Notes under the pieces: generated by a model
The model's input: only the letters and a program-made list of their open reading frames with translations
Databases searched by the model: none
Told to the model about the DNA's origin: nothing
From: Collinsella sp.
GTDB taxonomy: Bacteria; Actinomycetota; Coriobacteriia; Coriobacteriales; Coriobacteriaceae
Length of the DNA stretch: 64,000 nucleotides
Assembly: GCA_052033095.1 (NCBI GenBank)
Contig: JBPGZF010000002.1
Location: 27,597-91,596, forward strand
Direction of reading: 5' to 3'
Shown: positions 49,781 to 58,779 of the stretch, one piece after another
Numbering within the stretch: position 1 is the stretch's first letter
Layout: every line of letters starts with the position of its first letter
Translations under genes and position numbers: made by a program

Positions 49781-49876
49781 CGAACACTTGTTCTATACGT
49801 ACACATGTTCTATAGTATGGGTGATTGCATCGGATTTAAATTGCAACTAGAATATAGTTGCAGAATGTGAGGCGGG

Positions 49877-50140
49877 ATGACTCGAGCCGATAAACTCATC
49901 GCCCAACTGTTTAGCTGCCCTTCGACGTATCGGTATGCCGATTTTTTAAAAGTCATGGCCTCATATGGCTTTGAAATGGACAGCAAAGGCAAGACATCCG
50001 GATCGCGCGTTCGCTTCTACAGGCCCTCAGATGGCAGGATGTTCGTGATGCACGCGCCTCATCCATCTGACGAATTGACAGCGGGGACAATTCGAAACAT
50101 CGTTCGATTTCTGCAGGATGTCGGAGGCAGTCATGAGTAA
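49877..50140 (+). CDS. hicA: HicA-family toxin
   Basis: GF...GKTSGSRVRF...HAPHP; overlaps the hicB start. Confidence 0.88.
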   Translation: MTRADKLIAQLFSCPSTYRYADFLKVMASYGFEMDSKGKTSGSRVRFYRPSDGRMFVMHAPHPSDELTAGTIRNIVRFLQDVGGSHE

Positions 50141-50462
50141 CGTTTTGGCATACAAGGGCTATTTCGCCCCAGTCGAGTTCGATGCCGAGCAGCATGTACT
50201 AACAGGTATGGTCGCCGGCATTAGGGACGCAATCGTATTTGAAGGCTCCACGGCTGAAGAAGTGGAGCAATGCTTCCACGACGCCGTCGACGATTACCTT
50301 GAGTTTTGTGCCGAAAAGGGCAAGGAACCAGAGCGGGCTTTTAAGGGCTCGTTCAATGTGAGAACAGGCTCCGAGCTTCACAAGCAGGCAGCACTGGCGG
50401 CGGCAAAGAAGGGCGAGTCACTCAATAAGTTTGTGACCGAAGCAATCGCCGCGGCGTTATAG
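50133..50462 (+). CDS. hicB: HicB-family antitoxin
   Basis: YKGY...F.G....E..FHDAVDDYL..C...GKEPER.FKGSFNVR...LH...SLN; GGAGG RBS. Confidence 0.9.
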   Translation: MSNVLAYKGYFAPVEFDAEQHVLTGMVAGIRDAIVFEGSTAEEVEQCFHDAVDDYLEFCAEKGKEPERAFKGSFNVRTGSELHKQAALAAAKKGESLNKFVTEAIAAAL

Positions 50463-50479
50463 CGTTAACGCATGGGCCA

Positions 50480-50573
50480 AAACCACCACAAAGGGGACAG
50501 GCACCTTTGTGGTGGTTTCGACATTTGCCCAGATAAAACCTGCCAAAATAAACCTGTCCCTTTTTGGTAGGTT
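50480..50573. repeat. REP-like doublet (GGGACAG family)
   Basis: aaaccaccacaaagg-ggacaggca-cctttgtggtggttt, followed by an oppositely oriented unit (50528-50573) also present at 60787-60832. Confidence 0.75.
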
Positions 50574-50590
50574 TGGGAGAGGAAGCCGGG

Positions 50591-51187
50591 ATGGACAAGA
50601 CTGAGTTGCGGCGGGCGGTGATTGCTCGGCGCGATGCTCTTGATTTGGACTTGCGGGCGGCGAAGTCTGCTGATATCTGTGCGCGGCTGGTTGAGCTGCT
50701 GGGCCGCTTGGATGCCGCGTCGCCGCACACCGTTGCCGTCTATGCCGCGATGGGTTCCGAAGTCGACTCGGCCGCGTTTGCCGCAGCTGCCGCCAAACGT
50801 GGCTGGCGCGTGGCCTATCCGTGCATGCTCTCGGCAACAGACGCCGCAGCTTGTGGCCAGCGCATGTGTATGCGGGCAGTTGCTGCCGGCGACGCGGACG
50901 CGGCTCCGTTTATCGCCCACCCCACGCGGGCCTTTGCGGCCACGGACATCGACAGCAGCCGCTTCCCTATCGTGCCTGCCGAAGCTCTCGACATGATCGT
51001 CGTGCCGCTCGTAGCATTCGACCGCACCGGCACGCGCCTAGGCTACGGCGGCGGCTGCTATGACCGCTACCTGCCCATGCTCTCGCCCGTATGTCAAATC
51101 GTCGGCATCGCCTTTGACGAACAGCGCGTCGACCACATCCCCACCGATGCCCACGACCTGCCGCTACCCCACATCATCAGCGCCTAA
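50591..51187 (+). CDS. 5-formyltetrahydrofolate cyclo-ligase
   Basis: MDKTELR, DMIVVPLVAFD..G.RLGYGGGCYDR, HD. Confidence 0.92.
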   Translation: MDKTELRRAVIARRDALDLDLRAAKSADICARLVELLGRLDAASPHTVAVYAAMGSEVDSAAFAAAAAKRGWRVAYPCMLSATDAAACGQRMCMRAVAAGDADAAPFIAHPTRAFAATDIDSSRFPIVPAEALDMIVVPLVAFDRTGTRLGYGGGCYDRYLPMLSPVCQIVGIAFDEQRVDHIPTDAHDLPLPHIISA

Positions 51188-51229
51188 TCGCCGCCACATC
51201 AGCCACGGCTACAGCAGCACCATCGCAGT

Positions 51230-52156
51230 CTAGTGCTCCTCGCCGGCGCGGGCCAGGTCGTAGGGCGTGGTCTGGTAGACGTAGTAGTTGAGCCAGTTGG
51301 TGTAGAGCAGCTGAGCCTGGCTGCGCCAGACGTTGCGCGGCTCGGCGGTGGGATCGTCGCCCGGGAAGTAATGCGCCGGCACCTGAGGGTTGAGGCCGCG
51401 CTTCACGTCGCGCTCGTACTCCAGGCGCAACGTGTCGGTATCGTACTCGGGGTGGCCAAAGACAAAGAAGCGACGGCTGTCGGTCGACTTGACGATGTAC
51501 AGGCCCACCTCGTCGGACACGGCCACGACCTCAAGCTGCGGCTCGGCCTCCACGTCCTCGCGGCGCACATCGGTGTTGCGCGAATGCACGGCATAGAAGC
51601 GGTCGTCGAAGCCGCGGACCAGCGGGCTTTGCGGCTTCACCAGATAATGCTCGAACACGCCGCTCGCCTTTGCCGGCAGATCGTACTTCTGGATACCGTA
51701 ATGATGGTACAGGCCGGCCTGCGCGCCCCAACAAATGTGCAGCGTAGAGTGCACGTGCGTGGTGGACCAATCCATGATCTGGCAGAGCTCGGGCCAGTAG
51801 TCGACCTCCTCGAACGGCATCTGCTCCACGGGCGCGCCCGTGATAATCAGGCCGTCGTAGTGGATGTCGCGGATGTCGTCGAACGTGCGGTAGAACGTCT
51901 CCAGGTGGCCGGCGCTCACGTGCGTGGCCTCGTGCGTTTTGGTGCGCAGCAGGTCCACCTCCACCTGCAGCGGCGTGTTGGAGAGCTTGCGCATGATCTG
52001 CGTCTCGGTGGCGATCTTGGTGGGCATGAGGTTGAGGATGAGCACGCGCAGCGGACGGATGTCCTGGTGCAGCGCGCGGTACTCGGTCATGACAAAGATG
52101 TTCTCGCTCTCGAGCTGCGCGGCGGCAGGGAGGGCGTCGGGAATACGAATGGGCAT
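51230..52156 (-). CDS. metA: Homoserine O-acyltransferase MetA (probably acetyltransferase)
   Basis: [26 protein letters not shown] carries the Glu associated with acetyl-CoA specificity. Confidence 0.93.
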   Translation of the reverse strand: MPIRIPDALPAAAQLESENIFVMTEYRALHQDIRPLRVLILNLMPTKIATETQIMRKLSNTPLQVEVDLLRTKTHEATHVSAGHLETFYRTFDDIRDIHYDGLIITGAPVEQMPFEEVDYWPELCQIMDWSTTHVHSTLHICWGAQAGLYHHYGIQKYDLPAKASGVFEHYLVKPQSPLVRGFDDRFYAVHSRNTDVRREDVEAEPQLEVVAVSDEVGLYIVKSTDSRRFFVFGHPEYDTDTLRLEYERDVKRGLNPQVPAHYFPGDDPTAEPRNVWRSQAQLLYTNWLNYYVYQTTPYDLARAGEEH

Positions 52157-52366
52157 GGATGCTCCTTACGAGTCAGTTGCAGCTATGGTACAACGACCGG
52201 CCCCATCCGCGCGAGCGCATCGCCCAGCGATGCCGTCAGCGGCCCAAATCACTCCAAAAGTAGAGATTAAGGCATGTCCCAAAATCTACGGCACTTTAGC
52301 TTAGCAAAGTAGCAGCAGAACGCTACAATGGTTCGACGCGAAAAACTCGGCCGAAAGGATACATAT

Positions 52367-53344
52367 ATGTACCAGACGCGCAAGATCGGTGTGGTCGGCC
52401 AGGGCCACGTAGGAGCACATGTCGCCAACAGCCTACTCATGCAGGGCATTGCCGATGAGCTGTACCTGTGCGATATCAACGAGGCCAAGGTGACGTCCGA
52501 GGTCCAGGACCTGCGCGACTCCCTTTCGTTTGTCCCGTACAATACCAAGATCGTCAACTGCTACGACCACTACGAGGAGCTCGCCTGCTGCGATGTCATC
52601 GTCAACGCCGCCGGCAAGGTCGCGCTTGCCGCCGGCAACCGCGACGGCGAGCTGTTCTTTACCACCGACGCCGCCCGCACCTTTGCCAAGCGCATCGTCG
52701 ACGCCGGCTTTGACGGCATCTTCGTGAGCATCTCCAACCCCTGCGACGTCGTGTGCACCGAGCTGTGGCACCTGACCGGCTACGATCCCAAGAAGATCAT
52801 CGGCTCGGGCTGCGGCCTGGACTCCGCCCGCCTGCGCACCGAGATCTCCAAGAAGGTCGGCGTGAGCCCCAAGTCCATCGACGCCTACATGATCGGCGAG
52901 CACGGCTTTAGCCAACTTGCCGCCTTTAAGGCCGCAACCATCGCCGGCAAGAGCCTCAACGAGCTTCAGGCCGAGAACCCCGACAAGTACGCCTTTGACC
53001 ACATGGAGGTCGAGGAGCTCGCGCGCAAGGGCGGCTATGTGACCTACCAGGGCAAGCAGTGCACCGAGTACGCCGTCGCCAACTCCGCTGCGCGCGTCTG
53101 CGCCGCCGTGCTGCACAACGAGCACGCCGTGCTTTCCGCCTCCACGCTCATGACCGGCCAGTATGGCGAGGAGGGCATCTTCACCTCCCTGCCGTGCGTG
53201 ATCGGCGCCGAGGGCGTCGAGGAGGTCTACACGCTCGACCTGTCCGAGTACGAGCTCGAGGGCTTCCACAAGAGCTGCCAGCACATCCGCGACAACATCG
53301 CCCAGCTCGACTGGTGGAACGCCGAGGCCTACGACGCAAAGTAG
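52367..53344 (+). CDS. L-lactate / L-2-hydroxyacid dehydrogenase family
   Basis: GQGHVG, SNPCD, LDSAR, GEHG. Confidence 0.88.
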   Translation: MYQTRKIGVVGQGHVGAHVANSLLMQGIADELYLCDINEAKVTSEVQDLRDSLSFVPYNTKIVNCYDHYEELACCDVIVNAAGKVALAAGNRDGELFFTTDAARTFAKRIVDAGFDGIFVSISNPCDVVCTELWHLTGYDPKKIIGSGCGLDSARLRTEISKKVGVSPKSIDAYMIGEHGFSQLAAFKAATIAGKSLNELQAENPDKYAFDHMEVEELARKGGYVTYQGKQCTEYAVANSAARVCAAVLHNEHAVLSASTLMTGQYGEEGIFTSLPCVIGAEGVEEVYTLDLSEYELEGFHKSCQHIRDNIAQLDWWNAEAYDAK

Positions 53345-53387
53345 GCCGCTGGCTGCCGCAACCTTGCGAATCTAAGCGCGATACTAA

Positions 53388-53427
53388 GCGGGCCGCGCCG
53401 GAAATCCCCGGCGTGGCCCGCTTTTTT
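53388..53427 (+). terminator. Terminator of the LDH-like gene
   Basis: gcgggccgcgccgg/ccggcgtggcccgc followed by a T-run. Confidence 0.85.
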
Positions 53428-53445
53428 GACTCACGCAGTGCCCTT

Positions 53446-53640
53446 GCGAATCGAAGGTGAATACTTTTCCGCGAAGTGAACGAGCAAAAACGAGCCCCCG
53501 AAGCATCGACACTTTTCAGACGCCGTTTCCTGCGGTTTCGTAAGGTTTTTCCTGCAGTTTTGGCGTCAAAAAGTGTGGATGCTTCGGGATTCCAAAATAG
53601 GTCGTTCACTTCGCGGAAAAGTATTCGCCTTCGTTTTCGC
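53446..53640. repeat. ~195-bp nested palindrome (REPIN/MITE-like)
   Basis: 32-bp outer arms with one mismatch, plus inner arms cccgaagcatc/gatgcttcggg and acactttt/aaaagtgt. Confidence 0.8.
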
Positions 53641-53722
53641 GCAGACACGAATCCGGCCGCCACAACGCAAAACGGGGCCCGCGCGCAGCGCAGACCCCGT
53701 CAAAAAAGATAATTCCCGTTAC

Positions 53723-54691
53723 CTAGTACTGCTCGATGCCCATGTAGCGACGAACCTCGGGGCTGTGGTCGAACACCTTGCCGCGGGCGGCGCGCAGCTC
53801 GCAGCTCATGTTGTAGAAGAAGATCGGCTCCAGGTACGAACGCACGCTGGCAGGCACGTCGCCCACGCCGTACTCGAGTGCGTCGAGCACCATGACCGTA
53901 TCGGTGTGCGTGTTGAGGAACGCCAGCGCGCGCTCCTCCATGGGGCGGCACTCGCCCGATCCGAGCTGTACAAAGTAGAACACGCCGGGCTCGGTGGCTT
54001 CGAACGGGCCGTGGAAGTACTCGCCGGAGTGGATGTAGCAGCAGTGCTGCCACTGCATCTCCATGAGCGAGCAGATGGCCATGGCGTAGGTCTGGCTAAA
54101 GTTGGGGCCGGATCCCAGGATGTAGAAGAACTCGTGCTGCTGGCAGAGCTCGGCAAAGCGATCGCCCAGCTCGGCATTGACCTTCTCGCGGGCAGCGGGC
54201 AGCAGCGCATCCATCTGCTTAAGGCCGGCGTACATATCGGCGAGCGCCTCGTAACCCTCCTGCTGGTCGAGCAGCTCGGCAGCCATCAGGACGCCGATGC
54301 CTTGCGGAACCTCGGCCTGCGGCACGCCTTCGCCCCACGGATAGACCCAGGTGGTCCACTTGCCGTTATCAATCTTGGAGCCCTCGCAGTCGGTCATGGC
54401 CACGACCTCGGCGCCGGCTGCCAGCGCCATCTCGCAACCGTCGACGACCTCCTGCGTATTGCCGCTGTGGCTGCAGGCGATGACGAGTGACTTCTCGCCA
54501 AGACTCTTGGGGGCCATCAGGCAAAACTCGCGCGCCGTGTAAACCGTCGAGGTAAACGTGGTCGCCTCGCGCTTGAGCAGCTCGTTGGCCGGCATGAGGT
54601 CGATCATCGAGCCGCCGCAGGCGATCCAAAAGACATTCTCGACCTTGCCCTTGCGCTCGATGATTTCCTGAATCAGATCGTGTGCGTTCAC
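53723..54691 (-). CDS. frlB: SIS-domain deglycase (FrlB-like)
   Basis: ACGGS, SHSGNTQE, ICSLMEMQW, GEYFHGPFE, RRYM; GTG start with AGGAGG RBS. Confidence 0.88.
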   Translation of the reverse strand: MNAHDLIQEIIERKGKVENVFWIACGGSMIDLMPANELLKREATTFTSTVYTAREFCLMAPKSLGEKSLVIACSHSGNTQEVVDGCEMALAAGAEVVAMTDCEGSKIDNGKWTTWVYPWGEGVPQAEVPQGIGVLMAAELLDQQEGYEALADMYAGLKQMDALLPAAREKVNAELGDRFAELCQQHEFFYILGSGPNFSQTYAMAICSLMEMQWQHCCYIHSGEYFHGPFEATEPGVFYFVQLGSGECRPMEERALAFLNTHTDTVMVLDALEYGVGDVPASVRSYLEPIFFYNMSCELRAARGKVFDHSPEVRRYMGIEQY

Positions 54692-54835
54692 GGTGACGCT
54701 CCTCCTTGTGTGGCGGCTTTGAACGACAGCAGCTCGTACCTGCGGTCGTTCTATGTTGTCCTATTTATACCACGCAAAGCTTCACCGGTGAAGTCATTTC
54801 GGCAAATTTGTTCTATGTTGTTCTATCTATGAACG

Positions 54836-55600
54836 TTAGATGTCGAACACGTAACGCGAGCCCACGATCTTTTGGCGCCCGAGCAGCAGGGGGCGCTCGT
54901 CTGCATCGGTAAAATACGCCTCCATATAAAAGAGAGGCTCGCCGACCGGCACCTCCAGCAGCGGGGCCACCTGGGCATCGGCAAGCGCGATCTCCACGGT
55001 GCAGGGATCGGACTTGAGCGGCGCGCGGCCCGAATGCTCGGCAACGAGCGCAAAGATCGAGTTATCGGCGAGGTCCTTATCGGCAAGCGTCTGCAGATAG
55101 GGATGGTCGGCCAGCACAAAGGCGTTGTTCTCGAGCATGACGGGGATGCCGTCGGCTGTGCGCACGCGCTCGACCACGATAAGCTCGCAGCCGGGCTCCA
55201 CGCCAAAGAACACCGCATCCTCACGTGTCGCCGCGACCACCGTGCGCGACACCAGGCGCGCACCCGGCACCATGTCGTTGGCAGCACAACCCTCAGTAAA
55301 ACTCTGGACGTCGCCCTTCTGGCGGATCTTGCGCTTGAGCTTGGGAGCGCACACAAACGTGCCCCTCCCCTGCTGGCGGTTGAGATATCCCGCGCGCGAC
55401 AGCTCCTCGATGGCGCGGCGCACGGTGATGCGTCCCACGCCGTAGGACTTCGCGAGCTCCATCTCGGAAGGAATGCGCGAGCCAGATGCGTACACGCCGC
55501 GTGCGATCTCCCCCTTTAGGTCGTCCATAACCTGCTGGTACAGCGGCACGGCGGACACCTCAGTGCGCTCGGAACGTTCGGTCTTGCTATCGGCTGCCAT
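54836..55600 (-). CDS. GntR/HutC regulator
   Basis: PLYQQV...IPSE.EL..YGVGRITVRRA...GRGTFV. Confidence 0.92.
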   Translation of the reverse strand: MAADSKTERSERTEVSAVPLYQQVMDDLKGEIARGVYASGSRIPSEMELAKSYGVGRITVRRAIEELSRAGYLNRQQGRGTFVCAPKLKRKIRQKGDVQSFTEGCAANDMVPGARLVSRTVVAATREDAVFFGVEPGCELIVVERVRTADGIPVMLENNAFVLADHPYLQTLADKDLADNSIFALVAEHSGRAPLKSDPCTVEIALADAQVAPLLEVPVGEPLFYMEAYFTDADERPLLLGRQKIVGSRYVFDI

Positions 55601-55602
55601 CA

Positions 55603-57582
55603 TTACGCTCCATCCCGCGCATGCTCGGACTCAAATTCTTCAATCGCCGCCATAAACTGCTCGCCAAAGGCGTCGGCCTTTTTCTCGCCAATGCCGTTGA
55701 CCTGGATCAGCTCGTCGCGCGTCTGTGGACGCAGGCGGCACAGGCCGCGCAGAGCCTTGTCGGAGAAGACCATGTACGGCGCCATCTCCAGCTCGGTCGA
55801 GATCTCCTTGCGCAAGGCACGCAGGCGCTTGAACAGCTCGGCATCGTCGCCCACGCGCGGGCGCTGATCCAGCTCAGCCTCCTCGCGCAGCAGATCCACC
55901 GCGCGGCGGGCGCGGGCCGAGGCCTTGCGCTTGGACGCGCGACGCTTAACGGTAAAGGCGAACGCCTCATCCTCGACCTCGCCGGCACGCGGGCCCAGCC
56001 CAACGACCGGGTACTGCCCCTGCGAGGTGGCCAGATAACCGCGGCCGCACAGCTGGCCGATGATGTCCTTGATGCGCCCGACCGATTCGCTCGACAGCTC
56101 ACCGTAGCCGCGGTCCTCGTCCAGATGCATCTGGCGAATGCGCTCGGTGTTGCCGCCGTGGAGCACGTCGGCGATCAGCGACTTGCCAAAACGCATGGGA
56201 CGCGTGGCCACATAGCGCACGGCAGCGCGGGCCATATCGGTGACGTCCTCGACCTCGAACTGCGTGAGGCAGTTGCTGCAGTTGCCGCAGCCCTCGGCTT
56301 CGTCCGTGGCGGTGCCGCCCGCGGCGGCTGCCGCATGCTCGGCCGCGGCCTCGTCGCCAAAGTAGCGCAACATGTATTCGCGCAGGCAGCCGGTGGTATT
56401 GCAGTAGCCCTCCATCTGGCTGAGCAGACGATATCGATTCTGGAGCGCCCACGCGCGTTGCTCGTCGTCAAGTGCCTCGTCGGCAGCATCTCCGCGGTCG
56501 ATCAAAAAGCGGCGCATGCGAAAATCGTTGCCGTTCCACAGCAGGTGGCAGCTGGCCGGGTCGCCATCGCGGCCGGCGCGGCCCGCCTCCTGGTAGTAGG
56601 CCTCGATGCTCTCGGGCACGTTGTTGTGAATCACGTAGCGCACGTTGGGCTTGTCGATGCCCATACCAAAGGCGTTGGTGGCAACCATCACCTGGATGTC
56701 GTCGTCGATAAAGGCGCGCTGGCTTTGGCGGCGGGCGTCATTGCCCATGCCGGCATGGTAGCGGCCAACGCGAATGCCGCTGGGGCCCAGCGCTTCGGCA
56801 AGATCGCCTGCCAGCGCATCGACCGTCTTGCGGGTCGAGCAATACACGATGCCGCTCTCGCTCGAATGCGCGATCACGTAGTCGCGCACCCAGGCGGTCT
56901 TGGCCTTGTCGCCCATCTCTTCGCAACCAAAGTAGAGGTTCTTGCGATCGAAGCCCGTCACCACCGTCGCCGGGTTTTGCAGGCCGAGCATCTGCTGAAT
57001 GTCCGCGCGTACGCGCTCGGTCGCCGTGGCGGTAAAGGCCGCCACGATAGGGCGTTGCGGCAGGGAATCGATGAACTCACGAATCTGCAGATAGGCGGGG
57101 CGGAAATCCTGGCCCCATTGGCTCACGCAGTGGGCCTCGTCAATGGCCACGAGCGGAACGCCGATGCCGCCTTCGGCCGCAGCTTCCTGCGCAAAGGCCA
57201 GAAAGCGCGGCTCGAGCAGGCGCTCGGGCGCCACGTACATAAGCTGGTAGCGGCCCTCGCGCGCCCGCTTGAGCACGGTATTTTGCTGGGCCGGAGTAAG
57301 GCTGGAGTTGAGATAGCTGGGTCGCGCGCCCGCCGCGAGCAGCGCACGGGTCTGGTCCTCCATAAGCGACAGCAGCGGACTCACCACAAAGGTAATGCCG
57401 GGCAGCATGAGCGCGGGCACCTGGTAGCAAATGGACTTGCCGGCGCCCGTGGGCATAACGCCCAGCGCGTCGCGGCCAGCAAGGATCGCATCGACCATGC
57501 GGTCCTGCCCCGGGCGAAACGAGGTGTAGCCAAAATAGGCGCCGAGCGTGTCGAGCGCCATCTGCTGCATGCTATCGGTCAT
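55603..57582 (-). CDS. recQ: ATP-dependent DNA helicase RecQ
   Basis: MPTGAGKS, DEAHCVSQWG, ATNAFGMGIDK, QEAGRAGRDG, RQC Zn site, HRDC domain. Confidence 0.95.
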   Translation of the reverse strand: MTDSMQQMALDTLGAYFGYTSFRPGQDRMVDAILAGRDALGVMPTGAGKSICYQVPALMLPGITFVVSPLLSLMEDQTRALLAAGARPSYLNSSLTPAQQNTVLKRAREGRYQLMYVAPERLLEPRFLAFAQEAAAEGGIGVPLVAIDEAHCVSQWGQDFRPAYLQIREFIDSLPQRPIVAAFTATATERVRADIQQMLGLQNPATVVTGFDRKNLYFGCEEMGDKAKTAWVRDYVIAHSSESGIVYCSTRKTVDALAGDLAEALGPSGIRVGRYHAGMGNDARRQSQRAFIDDDIQVMVATNAFGMGIDKPNVRYVIHNNVPESIEAYYQEAGRAGRDGDPASCHLLWNGNDFRMRRFLIDRGDAADEALDDEQRAWALQNRYRLLSQMEGYCNTTGCLREYMLRYFGDEAAAEHAAAAAGGTATDEAEGCGNCSNCLTQFEVEDVTDMARAAVRYVATRPMRFGKSLIADVLHGGNTERIRQMHLDEDRGYGELSSESVGRIKDIIGQLCGRGYLATSQGQYPVVGLGPRAGEVEDEAFAFTVKRRASKRKASARARRAVDLLREEAELDQRPRVGDDAELFKRLRALRKEISTELEMAPYMVFSDKALRGLCRLRPQTRDELIQVNGIGEKKADAFGEQFMAAIEEFESEHARDGA

Positions 57583-57705
57583 GGTTTCCTAACGTCCAAG
57601 TCATCTGCCGCCGATTATACGCCGCCACGCGGACCGGTGGCGCACGGCTGCCGGCCACGGGCAACGTGATCCAAGGCGAACGAGAGTAGATTTTTGGACA
57701 CTTTC

Positions 57706-57779
57706 AGAATGAGAGTGGATAATCTCCCACTTTGAACCCGTCACCAAGCCAAAAATGGGAGATTATCCACGCTCATTCT
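57706..57779. repeat. 24-bp-arm inverted repeat
   Basis: agaatgagagtggataatctccca / tgggagattatccacgctcattct, one mismatch. Confidence 0.75.
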
Positions 57780-57790
57780 ATGGGTAGTCG

Positions 57791-57951
57791 ATGTTTTGGC
57801 AATGTCAGCGAAAACCCGCCAGAGCGAGCAAGGTGCCTTGAAACAAGGCGGCATCGATCTTCTGATCATGCTGCCGAAGTTGAAAGGCAGATTGCCGCTC
57901 TGGCGGGCTTGCAGCGTCGAGCCGTTGCGCGGTTTGGAAAACCGCGCAACT
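57791..57951. ncRNA. Candidate structured RNA/DNA element, copy B
   Basis: Homologous to 25680-25841 with covariation. Confidence 0.6.
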
Positions 57952-57955
57952 AGAG

Positions 57956-58675
57956 CTACATGACCATGACGTAGCGCGATCCCACGTAGTACTGCTTACC
58001 CATCAGGACCGGCTCGCCATTGGGGCCCGTGAAGCCGGCACGCAGATTGAGCAGTGGATCATGCGGAGCGATGCCCAGCTCGGCCGCCTGCTCGGTATTG
58101 GCACGAACGGCCTCGACCGTGCGGTAGCCAACCGAGACAATCGGCGTTCCGCCAACACGCTCGACCTCGGCAAAAATCGACTTGTCCTCAAGATCAGCCG
58201 TCAACAGCTCACGGTAGGCGTCAAAGGGCACAAAGATGTTCTCCTCAAAGATGGGCTCGCCATCGGCCGTACGCACGCGCTTAATATGCAGCAGGAGCGC
58301 ATCCTTCTGCAAACCAAAGAACTCCATCTCGTTTTGACGTGCCGGCACAATCTGGCGATCGACCACATGCGCGCCCGCCTTCATGCCATTGTCGGCACAC
58401 AGCGCGGTAAACGTCTGCAGCGTCGAGGCGTGAAACTGGCGATTGATGTGCGGCGTGGAGACAAAGGTGCCACGGCCCTGCTGCTTAACCAGGTAGCCAT
58501 CGGAGCACAACTCCTCGACGGCGCGGCGCACCGTAATGCGGCTCACCTCGTACTGCTCGGCTAGCTCAAGCTCGGAAGGAATACGCCCCTTTGGTGCATA
58601 AACACCTTTCTCGATCGCATCCTTGATTTCGTCGTAAATCTGCTGGTAAAGCGGTGCATTTTTGGGCGCAGGCAT
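57956..58675 (-). CDS. GntR/HutC regulator
   Basis: PLYQQI...IPSE.EL..YEVSRITVRRA...GRGTFV; paralog of 54836-55600. Confidence 0.92.
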   Translation of the reverse strand: MPAPKNAPLYQQIYDEIKDAIEKGVYAPKGRIPSELELAEQYEVSRITVRRAVEELCSDGYLVKQQGRGTFVSTPHINRQFHASTLQTFTALCADNGMKAGAHVVDRQIVPARQNEMEFFGLQKDALLLHIKRVRTADGEPIFEENIFVPFDAYRELLTADLEDKSIFAEVERVGGTPIVSVGYRTVEAVRANTEQAAELGIAPHDPLLNLRAGFTGPNGEPVLMGKQYYVGSRYVMVM

Positions 58676-58779
58676 ATCTGATCACTCTTATCGAAATATC
58701 AAAATAACTAATACGTATATAACGTCTTTTTATATGTTACCTCAGTTGGATAAAACGATACACCACATACAGCAAAACC

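Noticed and set aside
52157..52260. SAM riboswitch or T-box upstream of metA
   Set aside because: A -10-like TACCAT sits about 30 nt from the start, leaving no room, and no consensus motifs are present.
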